From the NCBI GenBank assembly GCA_050261115.1, contig JBLNCY010000012.1, positions 1-38,595 on the forward strand: a stretch of DNA of 38,595 nt. The letters are read 5' to 3'. Every line of letters starts with the position of its first letter. The first letter of the stretch is position 1. Shown here piece after piece: positions 1 to 9,415 of this stretch. The translations under genes were made by a program, and so were the position numbers. The notes beneath the pieces were generated by a model. It worked only from the letters and a program-made list of their open reading frames with translations, ran no database searches and had not been told where the DNA came from. This DNA comes from Methanocella sp. (GTDB lineage: Archaea > Thermoproteota > Bathyarchaeia > Bathyarchaeales > Bathycorpusculaceae).

Positions 1-1
1 A

Positions 2-2068
2 ATTGACCCACAACTCAGAGAGTGGTATAGTATCTCAGGTAACTGGGTTGCTAGACCAGATAACTCTGTTGCTCTGTATAATGATGATGCACCTGAAACT
101 GCACACGTTCTATGGGCAAGACAGCTAACTACCGGCGGTTTAGCTGGCGGTCTTTGGGGTCCAGGTCAAACTCCAGCCACATCTGAAACAGGCGACGCAT
201 ATGAAGGCAAATTCCCAGGATCAGTAGTTCTAAACGGTATACTCTACTACCAACGCACTGACTCTAGACGCGAAACTGCACCAGCAATCATGGCAGTTGA
301 CTTGCACACTGGCGAAGAATGGATGTTTAGAAACAACACAGTCTTGTCCTTTGGTCAAGTATTCTACTTTGACAGCTTCAACTACGACGGTGTATTTACT
401 TACATCTGGTCAGTCACTGGCACTACATGGACTGCATATGATCCCTTCACAGGCAACGAACAGATGAAAATCACCAACGTTCCTGGCTCAAGTGGCACAA
501 CAACCGCTACAAGAGTTTATGGCCCAAGCGGTGAAATTCTCATCTACCTAGTCGACTTAGCTAAAGGATGGATGGCACTTTGGAACTCAACCGCATGCGG
601 TCTACAGAACGCACAACCTGGCACACCTGATATGGGTAGCTGGGGCAACACAGCACATGGCACTGGCCAACCAACCGCTACCTATGGCACACCAGGCTTA
701 GAAGGCGACAACCCACGAAGCTTCTCATGGAACGTCTCAATCCCAGCAGGACTAGAAACCGGTGTCTCATTCCGCGTACCAGTATTCAAGATATACAATG
801 AAGACAGAATCGTCGGTATATTCTTCAACCAAACACACGTAAGAGTTTGGGGACTAGACCTAAGTGACTTAAACGCAGACTCAACACAAACAACAAAACT
901 ATTCGATAAATGGTGGAATGCACCAAGCGAATGGCTTGAAGGCTCTAACACACTACACTATGTCGGCGCAAGCAACTATGTCGACGACCCGGTCTATGGT
1001 GAAGGTGTCATCGGTGTCTGGTCTAAAGAACTCACAACCCACTACGGCTTTAGTGTTAAAGATGGTCGATATCTATGGGCTACTGCATCTGAGCATTATT
1101 TGGATGCTTATGGTTGGGGTAATGCAGAGCACACCTGGTACTATGCTTATGGCAAATTGTACTCAGTGGGTGTCGCAGGTATTCTCTATGCCTATGACCT
1201 TGCAACAGGCGCAACTGCATGGACCTACAACTTGACTGATGCCTATGGTGAGCCTATCACTGGCCAGAACTGGTGGGGCTGGATTACTCTAATTGCTGAT
1301 GGCAAAGTCTACGTCGGCACTTGTGAGCACTCAGCTGAGAACCCACTTCCAAGAGGTGCACCACAGGTCTGTGTCAATGCTACTGATGGCAGTGAAATCT
1401 GGCGTATCGACGGTATGTTCCGTAACACCCGCTGGGGTGGCAACGGCGTTATCGCTGATAGCATCATTGCAACCATGGATACCTACGACCAACGCGTATA
1501 CGCAATCGGCAAAGGCCCAACACAAACCACAATCGTCTCACCAACATCTTCAATCGACGGCGGCAAACAATTCATAATTCAAGGCAGCGTAACCGACATT
1601 TCACCAGGCCTACGCGACTATGAACTAACCGCACGCTTCCCCAACGGCGTCCCAGCAGTCTCTGACGAAAGCCAAAGCGACTGGATGCTATATGTCTGGA
1701 AGCAATTCGAATGCCCAACCGATGCAACCGGTGTACCCCTAACAATCTCAGTGATCGATGCTAATGGCAACTACCGCGTAGTCGGCACTACTACAAGCGA
1801 CGCAACAGGCCACTACAGCTTCGCATGGCAACCTGATATATCCGGCGCATACCAAGTGTACGTAACCTTCGCAGGCTCTAAAGCATACTACGGATCATCA
1901 GCCACCGCAACATTCTACGCTGACGAAGCAGCAGCAACAGCAACACCAATGCCAACACCTGCACCATCCGCAGCTGACCTATACTTCCTACCAGCAGTCA
2001 TCGGAATTGTTATAGCCCTCATAGTTGGCTTCGCAGTAACAATCCTACTGCTGACAAAGAAACCATAA
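2..2068 (+). CDS. PQQ-type beta-propeller repeat surface protein with C-terminal Ig-like domain and membrane anchor (5'-truncated)
   Basis: The frame is open from base 2 (IDPQLREWYSISGNW...), so the track start at 290 is internal. It has repeated AxDxxTG..W propeller motifs (AVDLHTGEEW, AYDLATGATAW, VNATDGSEIW), a P/T linker, a hydrophobic helix and a KKP end. Confidence 0.8.
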   Translation: MDPQLREWYSISGNWVARPDNSVALYNDDAPETAHVLWARQLTTGGLAGGLWGPGQTPATSETGDAYEGKFPGSVVLNGILYYQRTDSRRETAPAIMAVDLHTGEEWMFRNNTVLSFGQVFYFDSFNYDGVFTYIWSVTGTTWTAYDPFTGNEQMKITNVPGSSGTTTATRVYGPSGEILIYLVDLAKGWMALWNSTACGLQNAQPGTPDMGSWGNTAHGTGQPTATYGTPGLEGDNPRSFSWNVSIPAGLETGVSFRVPVFKIYNEDRIVGIFFNQTHVRVWGLDLSDLNADSTQTTKLFDKWWNAPSEWLEGSNTLHYVGASNYVDDPVYGEGVIGVWSKELTTHYGFSVKDGRYLWATASEHYLDAYGWGNAEHTWYYAYGKLYSVGVAGILYAYDLATGATAWTYNLTDAYGEPITGQNWWGWITLIADGKVYVGTCEHSAENPLPRGAPQVCVNATDGSEIWRIDGMFRNTRWGGNGVIADSIIATMDTYDQRVYAIGKGPTQTTIVSPTSSIDGGKQFIIQGSVTDISPGLRDYELTARFPNGVPAVSDESQSDWMLYVWKQFECPTDATGVPLTISVIDANGNYRVVGTTTSDATGHYSFAWQPDISGAYQVYVTFAGSKAYYGSSATATFYADEAAATATPMPTPAPSAADLYFLPAVIGIVIALIVGFAVTILLLTKKP

Positions 2069-2078
2069 AAAACACAAC

Positions 2079-2106
2079 GGGAAAACAAACTTTCCCTCCC
2101 TTTTTT
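2079..2106 (+). terminator. Hairpin plus T-tract after the PQQ-type gene
   Basis: GGGAAA-acaaac-TTTCCC followed by tccc-TTTTTT, 10 nt after the stop codon. Confidence 0.55.
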
Positions 2107-2263
2107 GTTATAAAAATCGATTAAATACTGGGGCTTATAGGGTTTGGGCGACGGTTACGGTGGTTGTAAGACATCGTAATAACAGTCACATGTGTGTTCC
2201 TTTTCTCCAATTACCCCCGACCCAAGCAAACCCAGAAAAAAACGATCTAACCTTATACTGCGC

Positions 2264-2518
2264 TTATAGTTTTTTGAGGGCTCTAAGAGCATTCTCAGCA
2301 GTAGAAGCACTAAAGAGCAAGTCATCAATAGTCGCGGTAAACGTGGCTAGCTTGCTATTGCATTCAATCTGGGTAACAACAGTATTTTGCTCAAGAAAAG
2401 TTTTAACCTCTAAGCCAGGTGGAGTCTTAAAGTTATCTGGGGAAACCGCCAAGGCAACTGACTGAGCCGTTTTAGCATCCCTATACTCAAGCCGGATTGT
2501 CGCCTGCAAGCTTCTCAC
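2264..2518 (-). CDS. pcc1: KEOPS Pcc1-family subunit (probably the Pcc2 paralog)
   Basis: About 80 aa with AVSPDN...TIDDLL...AE pattern, directly downstream of rps15-recJ, the conserved archaeal context. Confidence 0.75.
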   Translation of the reverse strand: MRSLQATIRLEYRDAKTAQSVALAVSPDNFKTPPGLEVKTFLEQNTVVTQIECNSKLATFTATIDDLLFSASTAENALRALKKL

Positions 2519-3953
2519 CCTTCAACTGCCTACCCACCAATTCATCAGTCAACTTGATAAAAGCGTCAATCTTGTCAAGCGGCACCTGTGCGCCTGCCGC
2601 GATATTGTGTCCGCCACCTTTGCCGCCATTAGCCTCCGAAGCCAAACGCATAACATCACCAAGGTTCACACCCTTCATGAGCGCTGCTTCGGTGGTTCGG
2701 CCAGAAAACTTGGCAGCATTCTCCGCCTCAATATTTGCGAATGCCAAGAGGGGTTTGAGGTTGTTTGAGAGTCCGGACACAAGGATTGAGGAAACCGTGC
2801 CGATTATTTTTTCGTTGATGTAGTTCTCACCGAAGATGACATAGATATTTTGCATCTCCCGGAGCCGCTCGGGTTTTTCAGCTACCCAGCCCAAGTACTT
2901 GTTTATGCTTTTTCGGTAGTCCTCAAGTATCTTATTAGACTCCTCCAAGGCAGCTTTGCGGTCGCCCATGCAGATAGCGATGCCTAAGCTGGGGCGATCC
3001 ATGCGACCCGTAGAGTTTAGCAGAACTGAGAATTCTCTGCCATCCCGAAGCGCCGTATTCGGCGCCTCATTTACCAAAACATAGACGTTGCCAATGAGGT
3101 TGTCAACCTCGACATGGAGCCCCTTTGAGAGTAAATAATCCGCAAGTGCTGTGCAGAGTTTTTTGCGCTCCTCTTGAGTTAGGTCGCAGAGGGAACGCGG
3201 TTTACCGTTCTGCTCGATTGGGAAACCGAGGCTGTGGACGAAATTCAGTGACTCCGTTTCTTGTCCACTTAATCCGGGGATAAAGGGATTAGTGGTTGTA
3301 GCAAGCATGCGGTGTATGGGTCGGGTTTCTCTGCCAAAAAAGGTCAAGTCCTTCTCGACTTTAAGCAACCCTGCGGAGACAGCGTCATTTACGATTAACT
3401 CGTTTAGCCCTTTTAGGCTTCGGCCTTCATACTTGTCTTGCATGTCACCTAAAGCGCCTACCAAGGCGACTGGTGCACAGTCAACATTGGCTGGATTGAC
3501 AGCTTTAGCCGCAAAATATGCGACACCTGAACCGCTCACTTCCGTGGCGCCGTCGATGCCATAAACGTGCGGGTTAAGCATCGTAAAGTTAGGGTTATCT
3601 ACTTTACCGGTTATTTGATGGTGATCAAGAATAACAATCTTATAGTTTGGGATTTTTTCGTTTAGTAGGTCAAGGTAGCCGCTACCAAAGTCTGTCATGA
3701 TGACAAGTTGGGGTTTGTCGGCGGTGACTTCAGCGATGATTTTCTCGTCTACCCACTGCATGACACGGATGCGGTATCTGGCGTCAAGACGGCTAAGCAT
3801 TTTAGATATTATGCCTGCTGCAGCTACGCCGTCAGCGTCTAGGTGGCTAAAGCAGCTGATGAAGCCGTCTTTGGCTGCGGTTTCTTTGATTACTTTTGCT
3901 GCTTCTTCTGCTTGGTTTAAGAATTTCTGGATGCTTTCGGGTTGCTGCGCCAT
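2487..3953 (-). CDS. recJ: DHH-family RecJ/Cdc45-like nuclease (GAN-type)
   Basis: Motifs SHLDADG, TDFG, LDHH, GDMQ and DHHA1 GGGHNIAAG. Lies between rps15 and pcc1. ATG at 3953, alternative GTG at 3962. Confidence 0.9.
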   Translation of the reverse strand: MAQQPESIQKFLNQAEEAAKVIKETAAKDGFISCFSHLDADGVAAAGIISKMLSRLDARYRIRVMQWVDEKIIAEVTADKPQLVIMTDFGSGYLDLLNEKIPNYKIVILDHHQITGKVDNPNFTMLNPHVYGIDGATEVSGSGVAYFAAKAVNPANVDCAPVALVGALGDMQDKYEGRSLKGLNELIVNDAVSAGLLKVEKDLTFFGRETRPIHRMLATTTNPFIPGLSGQETESLNFVHSLGFPIEQNGKPRSLCDLTQEERKKLCTALADYLLSKGLHVEVDNLIGNVYVLVNEAPNTALRDGREFSVLLNSTGRMDRPSLGIAICMGDRKAALEESNKILEDYRKSINKYLGWVAEKPERLREMQNIYVIFGENYINEKIIGTVSSILVSGLSNNLKPLLAFANIEAENAAKFSGRTTEAALMKGVNLGDVMRLASEANGGKGGGHNIAAGAQVPLDKIDAFIKLTDELVGRQLKGEKLAGDNPA

Positions 3954-4073
3954 GCCGTTCACTTCTGCAAAGAGTATGTCTTTTTAGATTTAAAGCTGGC
4001 GCACGACACTGTCAAAAAGAGAAGTATAACAAAAAGTCAGCAGAATAAAGTGAATAAATTAAGATTGGGTTGT

Positions 4074-4514
4074 TTAAGTAACGGAAGCAATCTTTGCCAC
4101 GTACTTAAACTTCTTGTCGATAACGCCTTCACGCTTGTAGTAGCGGCTGAGCTTGTGGATACGGGCTTCGATGATCTGCATGTTGCGTTTGTTGTGAAGG
4201 TCTTTTTTGTTTTTGTCCATGTGGACAGCCATCGCCTGTGCCTTTCTCATGAGGTTTGATAGGTCCTCTGGCATTGGCGGTGTTAAGCCTGCGGCTTTTA
4301 ATGTGTCACTTATGGATTTGCCTGTAATTGGCTTGACGAGTGGGATGGCGTATTGGTCACGCAGAATGGTGCCTATGGCGCTCATGTTGTGGCCTTCTTT
4401 GGCTAGTTTAATGATGAAGGCTTCTACTTCTTCAGGCTGGTACTTGCACCAGTTTGGTGGGCGTCTGCTGACTGGCCGAATCGAGTGTGATTTTCCTTTT
4501 TCTTGCTTTGGCAT
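4074..4514 (-). CDS. rps15: 30S ribosomal protein S15/S13e (uS15)
   Basis: KGKSHSIRP...IGTILRDQYAIP...PEDL...HLxxNKKD-like...IEARIHKLSRYYK. Start trimmed to the ATG of MPKQEK. Confidence 0.95.
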   Translation of the reverse strand: MPKQEKGKSHSIRPVSRRPPNWCKYQPEEVEAFIIKLAKEGHNMSAIGTILRDQYAIPLVKPITGKSISDTLKAAGLTPPMPEDLSNLMRKAQAMAVHMDKNKKDLHNKRNMQIIEARIHKLSRYYKREGVIDKKFKYVAKIASVT

Positions 4515-4602
4515 CGTTACACCTATTTGTGCACCTAAACCATACCGCACAGATATTTAAAAGTAACTAGTCCAGCCATATGAAAAGAAATCAAAACACA
4601 TG

Positions 4603-5097
4603 TTAGCGGCGCCATTTTACAAAGCGAATGATACCCTGAGTGATTAATGATACACCCGCTAACACGATAAGCGAAGGCCAAAACGTAAACCAGCCGCTGA
4701 CTGTCCCCGCCATCAAGTAAACATAGGCAACTAAGGCGCCTCCTAGCCAGAATATGGCGTTGCCAACAGTTTCGGCTATACGCCTAATTGACGAGTGAAC
4801 CCATAGTCTTGCTGCTAAGATGACTATTTGCAGGATGCCTATGGATAACATGAAGTTAAAGACCGCCGTGTACACTACGGGGTGGTTTGCTGGGTGTGCC
4901 GGTGCAGGAAGAACCAATGCTCCGTTGAATGCGGGGTAAGTTACCCCTGTTAAGTCAGAAAAGAAGTTGCTAAATGCGTTGCCTATTCCAGGGGTTAATC
5001 CGAAGACTACACCCAGAGTTACAAAAAAGCCTCCGAATGCCAACGCGGTAATTAGGCCTTCGGATAATGTTCGGTCTTTGGCGTTAGATTGGGTCAT
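4603..5097 (-). CDS. Hypothetical membrane protein (about 4 TM)
   Basis: 164-aa ORF with four hydrophobic segments and a basic KWRR end. TTAAATA TATA-like box upstream. Confidence 0.7.
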   Translation of the reverse strand: MTQSNAKDRTLSEGLITALAFGGFFVTLGVVFGLTPGIGNAFSNFFSDLTGVTYPAFNGALVLPAPAHPANHPVVYTAVFNFMLSIGILQIVILAARLWVHSSIRRIAETVGNAIFWLGGALVAYVYLMAGTVSGWFTFWPSLIVLAGVSLITQGIIRFVKWRR

Positions 5098-5256
5098 GTT
5101 CTCGCTTCATACTCAATTGTATGGGTATTTAACACTTTGTTGCAGCAAAATAGACTGCCACATTTGTTACCTCCTAAACGGTTATTAAAAAGATGCATCA
5201 GCAGTAAACTGCGCCACTAAGAGGTGTCATATGTTTTTCTAAAAACAAGGTAAGCG

Positions 5257-5871
5257 TTATTGTTTAATGTACCATTCCGCAAACCTACGGATCGCATTTG
5301 CTCGATGTGAGTACCCATTCTTTTCTGCGATAGACATCTCAGCAAAGGTCTTATCGCTGCCTTCAGGTTGGAAAATGGGGTCAAAACCAAAGCCCGATTT
5401 CCCTTCCGCCCGCCTCTCAGAGGTGGTTATGCTGCCTCTGGATTCCCCCTCAAAACTCTGCGGTGTGCAGGCGTTTTCTTCGTCACAATATGAGATTACT
5501 GAGCGGAAGGCTGCATGTCTATCTTGGATGCCCTCCATGAGTTTGACTATTCCACGGTTATGAATAGTCTTGTAAACATAAGCCGCGTAGGGTCCAGGGA
5601 AACCCGACAATGTCTCTATAAATAGGCCGGCGTCCTCGACGAATATGGGTAAGCCGCTTTCTTGGAAAGCATGCATTGCGCTATGTTCGGCGATTTTATG
5701 TAGGCTGTCGCTTTGGATTTCATCGCCCTTGAGTTTTAGCATGCCGACTGCGAGACCATATTTGCTGAGGATAGATTTTGCCTCTTTGAATTTATTGATG
5801 TTACCCGTTGCGAAAAAGACCACCCGGCCCTTTAGGCTAAAGCTGCAGTTACAGTTTGCGTTCTTCGACAT
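5257..5871 (-). CDS. rdgB: RdgB/HAM1 XTP/dITP diphosphatase
   Basis: FATGNINK, VEDAGL, GFPGPY, GFGFDPIF and KNGYSHR motifs. Downstream of bud32. Confidence 0.95.
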   Translation of the reverse strand: MSKNANCNCSFSLKGRVVFFATGNINKFKEAKSILSKYGLAVGMLKLKGDEIQSDSLHKIAEHSAMHAFQESGLPIFVEDAGLFIETLSGFPGPYAAYVYKTIHNRGIVKLMEGIQDRHAAFRSVISYCDEENACTPQSFEGESRGSITTSERRAEGKSGFGFDPIFQPEGSDKTFAEMSIAEKNGYSHRANAIRRFAEWYIKQ

Positions 5872-6517
5872 AGCGGCCACGCCTCTCTATCTCACGGGTT
5901 TTCTCATAAACCTTTTCCGCTATTTCCTCACCACGGACCGAGGCATAGCCTGAAAGCACATCCTGGAAGCAATCCTCCCAACAGAAGTAATGCGTGCTCT
6001 GCAGTGCCCTTTTAAGCAAATGCAAATCTACGCCTTGGGCCTCCAATTCAGAGTTCTTTTCACCTAAACCAAAATCCACAAAGTACAGTGTACCATCATC
6101 TGCTCGGATCATGTTGCTTGTTGTTAAGTCGCCGTGGATTATTCCTGCCTTATGCAGGTGCGCGACGGATTGGCCGATTTGGCTGCAGAGTTCTTGACGT
6201 TCATGTTTTTGGGCTTTGTTGAGCAGTCCCTTCATCTGTTGCCCTTCGATGTATTGCATTATGATGGTTGCTTCTGGGATGTTGACCAGATAGATTAGGG
6301 GGGTGGCGGCTCCTGCGGCTTTAGCTTCATGCATCAGTTGAGGCTCATGTGCTGTGCGGTAACTTCGGATTTGTTTGTCTAATTCTGGGGGACGGTAGCG
6401 TTTGGGGATGCGGACTTTAATTATGGCTTTGCGGTTGTGCCAGTCAGCTTGGAAAAGGCTGGCTTCTGCGCCCTTCTTGATTAGCCTTGCCCTTGGGGTT
6501 TTGTCTATTGTATCCAT
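5849..6517 (-). CDS. bud32: KEOPS kinase/ATPase Bud32
   Basis: KGAEA, HGDLTTSN, DFGL and RGRY motifs. Overlaps kae1. Confidence 0.95.
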   Translation of the reverse strand: MDTIDKTPRARLIKKGAEASLFQADWHNRKAIIKVRIPKRYRPPELDKQIRSYRTAHEPQLMHEAKAAGAATPLIYLVNIPEATIIMQYIEGQQMKGLLNKAQKHERQELCSQIGQSVAHLHKAGIIHGDLTTSNMIRADDGTLYFVDFGLGEKNSELEAQGVDLHLLKRALQSTHYFCWEDCFQDVLSGYASVRGEEIAEKVYEKTREIERRGRYVEERKL

Positions 6518-7539
6518 GGCACATCCACCTTATCGACTCGCCAGCGGAGCTTAACCATGCTCTCCTCAATCGGCGTAAATAGCTTATGTCGGTAAGCAAG
6601 CGTTCCCGTCCATGCAATCATGGCGCCGTTGTCGGTTGCGTACTGAAGCGGCACAACCCTGAACTTTGCGTCATGCTCTGAGGCAATCACCGATAGCATG
6701 GCTTGTAGCCGCTTGTTCGCTGCCACGCCTCCAGTAAGCAGCACTTCTTTTTTCTCCGTATGCGCCAATGCTCTTTCGGTCACTTCGGTTACCATGGCAA
6801 AAGCATGCTCCTGAAGACTATAGCATACGTCTTCAAGAGAGAAATTCTGAAGCTGACTTACCGCGGCTGTTACTATACCGCTAAGTGACAAATCCATACC
6901 CTTAACAACATAGGGCAGCGGCACAAGTTTTTTGCCTCTAAGCGCCAACTGCTCAATCGCAGCGCCAATCGGGAGCCCTTTTTTGGGTTTTAAGCCGGCT
7001 TCTCGACCAAAAACGTCTAGGCAGTTTCCTAAGGCGATGTCGAGGGTTTCACCGAATACACGGTAGCGGCCTGACTCGTAGGCAGTAACCATGGTGTTGC
7101 CCCCCGATGCATAGAGGGTGACGGGGTCTTTGGCGCCTGTCTGCAGTTTACCGATCTCTATATGCGCAACCGAGTGATTCACACCAACAAGAGGAATCTG
7201 CAGATAAGCTGCTAGGGCTCTAGCAACGGTGGCACCTGTGCGTAGGGAGGGGCCAAGCCCGGGGCCCTGCGAGAAAGCGATACAGGTCAACTCTTTTGCT
7301 TTGATTCCAGCCTTTTCAAGGGCGGCTTTTAGCACTTGGTCGGCAACTTCTGCATGATGCCTAGCGGCTTCCCTTGGGTGAATACCGCCCTCTATGGGTA
7401 CGTAACTGTCCGATACGTTTGCTAGGATTTCGCCGCTGAAGCTAGCTATGCCGACGCCGAAGTCATCTGCGGAGGATTCGATACCGAGGCAGTAATTGCC
7501 GGATTTTTGCTCGACTTTGGCGCTCAATTTTTCAACCAT
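6505..7539 (-). CDS. kae1: tRNA t6A threonylcarbamoyltransferase Kae1
   Basis: LGIESSAD, GGIHPREAARHH, GPGLGPSL, HSVAHIE, SGGNT, GETLDIA, GGVAAN and DNGAMIA motifs. Confidence 0.96.
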   Translation of the reverse strand: MVEKLSAKVEQKSGNYCLGIESSADDFGVGIASFSGEILANVSDSYVPIEGGIHPREAARHHAEVADQVLKAALEKAGIKAKELTCIAFSQGPGLGPSLRTGATVARALAAYLQIPLVGVNHSVAHIEIGKLQTGAKDPVTLYASGGNTMVTAYESGRYRVFGETLDIALGNCLDVFGREAGLKPKKGLPIGAAIEQLALRGKKLVPLPYVVKGMDLSLSGIVTAAVSQLQNFSLEDVCYSLQEHAFAMVTEVTERALAHTEKKEVLLTGGVAANKRLQAMLSVIASEHDAKFRVVPLQYATDNGAMIAWTGTLAYRHKLFTPIEESMVKLRWRVDKVDVPWIQ

Positions 7540-7605
7540 CCTTGGGATACATATTTTTATGTGAACCCCACGCTTATATTATACTATATTTCGGAAGATG
7601 CTAAA

Positions 7606-8064
7606 ATGCCAAAGCGTAATGACCTCGAACAGAAAGCACTCCACTACGTGGTAAATACGGGGTACCAAGGCGTGCTTCAATCAGACTTATGGCGGGAACT
7701 AGGCGCAAGCAGCAGAGAGGGCTCCCGCGTTTCAATAAAGCTAGAAGAAAAAGGTCTTATTCGCAGAGAAAAAGAACTGCAGGAAGGCCGATGGACATAC
7801 AGGCTCTATCCCAAGCGGTTACCTGCATCGATTGAAACTATTGTTGATTGTCCATGTCTGCTCTGTCCAGATAACGCAAGATGTGACCCGACAACCACAA
7901 TCTCTCCAAAGAATTGTCAAAGGTTAACTGATTGGATTCTAAACTTAGATAAAGAGCCAGCAACTCACGAAGAAACCACAGAGGACCTAAACGATATGGC
8001 TGCAGCCGCCGAAGACGACGAGACACCAGAGGATGATAACGACGCCGAAACAGTGGGTACGTGA
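7606..8064 (+). CDS. TFE-beta / Rpc34-like winged-helix protein with C-terminal Fe-S cysteine cluster
   Basis: wHTH (GVLQSDLWRELGASSREGSRVSIKLEEKGLIRR), then CPCLLCPDNARC...SPKNC...W and an acidic tail. Start trimmed to the ATG at 7606. Confidence 0.75.
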   Translation: MPKRNDLEQKALHYVVNTGYQGVLQSDLWRELGASSREGSRVSIKLEEKGLIRREKELQEGRWTYRLYPKRLPASIETIVDCPCLLCPDNARCDPTTTISPKNCQRLTDWILNLDKEPATHEETTEDLNDMAAAAEDDETPEDDNDAETVGT

Positions 8065-8674
8065 ACGAAAAAACGAGTTTTACTACAAAAAAGCTAAAGC
8101 TGAAAACTACCGCAGCCGTAGCACCTACAAGCTAGTACAAGCAAACAACAAGTACGGCTTCATAAAGTTACGGGACGTAGTTGTGGATTTAGGCGCTGCG
8201 CCAGGCGGCTGGATCCAGGCGGCTAGAAAAATGACTGGTAAACACGGCTTCGTGTTAGGCATCGATTTAAAGCCGATTGAGCCTTTCACGCAGGAGTACA
8301 TACGCACCATAGTTGCCGACTTAACCGAGCCAGACATAACCCAGCAAATCCTGTCTTTTCTGCCTCGCCGACCCGACGTCGTATTATCAGATGCCGCGCC
8401 AAACGTAACGGGCGTCTGGGAAGTAGACCACGCCCGACAAATCGACCTTGCAACCAAAGCTATGGAAATCGCTAAGTGCCTGCTGAGACCCGGCGGCAAC
8501 TTTTTTGTCAAAGTCTTCCAAGGCGACCTACTCGAGGAGTACATCCAAAACGTCAAGGACACATTTGAAGAAGTTAAAATCGTCAAGCCCCCGGCTAGCC
8601 GAGCAAAAAGCAGCGAAGAATACATTTTGGCGCTGGGCCTAAAAAGCGATAAATGCAGCGCTACAGAAACCTAA
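8033..8674 (+). CDS. rlmE: 23S rRNA 2'-O-methyltransferase RlmE/FtsJ
   Basis: YRSRSTYKL, VVDLGAAPGGW, SDAAP, KVFQG and SRAKSSE motifs. Confidence 0.95.
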   Translation: MITTPKQWVRERKNEFYYKKAKAENYRSRSTYKLVQANNKYGFIKLRDVVVDLGAAPGGWIQAARKMTGKHGFVLGIDLKPIEPFTQEYIRTIVADLTEPDITQQILSFLPRRPDVVLSDAAPNVTGVWEVDHARQIDLATKAMEIAKCLLRPGGNFFVKVFQGDLLEEYIQNVKDTFEEVKIVKPPASRAKSSEEYILALGLKSDKCSATET

Positions 8675-8698
8675 TTCTTCCCCAACACGCCTACTCTA

Positions 8699-9403
8699 TT
8701 GGCGATTGATTTGAAGGTTATTGCGGCTGATTCAGGCGCAGCCATACTTGACAAGCACTATCAACCCACACATTTGGTGGCTTCTGTTGCAGTGCTGGTT
8801 GAGCCGCCGTATCGGGAGCCCTCGGGGCGGATTGCTGAGGCCATTTTTAGGGAAGTAGATGACAGCCTAGAGGTGATTGTGCGGGAAGCAGAATTGTGCC
8901 TCAAAATGCTAAGTGAGTTTAAGGCGGACGCTGTTCATTTGGATATGACTTTGGGCGGGATTTCTGTGGAGGGTCTTTCGCCTGTCGAGTTGCTTAACAT
9001 GCGTACCTCAAAAACGGGACGACAAAACATCCTCAAGATATTGCCTCGCCTAAGAAAGGTCGCTTCTGAGATTAAGCGGCTTCATGGCATTGACATGTTT
9101 GCTATTGGTAAGGAGAGTGTGCCTGTGCGGGTTGCGGAGTTGACGGTTGGCGCTGAGGCGGTTCTGTTTGCTTGCCAAAAAGCGGTTGACGAACAAGACG
9201 AGGTGCTTTTGGGTTTGCCACTCAATTCCCAACCACTCGTGCATGAGAGCCGGGTTTATTTGCGATCGTTGCTTGCCGGTGAGTTTGACCTAAGAAGCTA
9301 TGCTGTTGATGGCTTTGGTGTTTTGGGAAAGGTTAAATTGACTGAAACCTTAAACCCAGTAGCAAGAGGTTTCCGCGCCATCAAAATAGCGTCTAAACCC
9401 TAA
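8699..9403 (+). CDS. DUF4152-like conserved archaeal protein
   Basis: IAADSGAAIL, VHLDMTLGG and AIGKESVPVRVAEL pattern, recalled from this family. Confidence 0.6.
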   Translation: MAIDLKVIAADSGAAILDKHYQPTHLVASVAVLVEPPYREPSGRIAEAIFREVDDSLEVIVREAELCLKMLSEFKADAVHLDMTLGGISVEGLSPVELLNMRTSKTGRQNILKILPRLRKVASEIKRLHGIDMFAIGKESVPVRVAELTVGAEAVLFACQKAVDEQDEVLLGLPLNSQPLVHESRVYLRSLLAGEFDLRSYAVDGFGVLGKVKLTETLNPVARGFRAIKIASKP

Positions 9404-9415
9404 AATGGTGACAAT

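Noticed and set aside
5180-5235. Fluoride riboswitch-like fragments
   Set aside because: The motif order is wrong, the GGCGAUG 5' element is absent and there is no related downstream gene.
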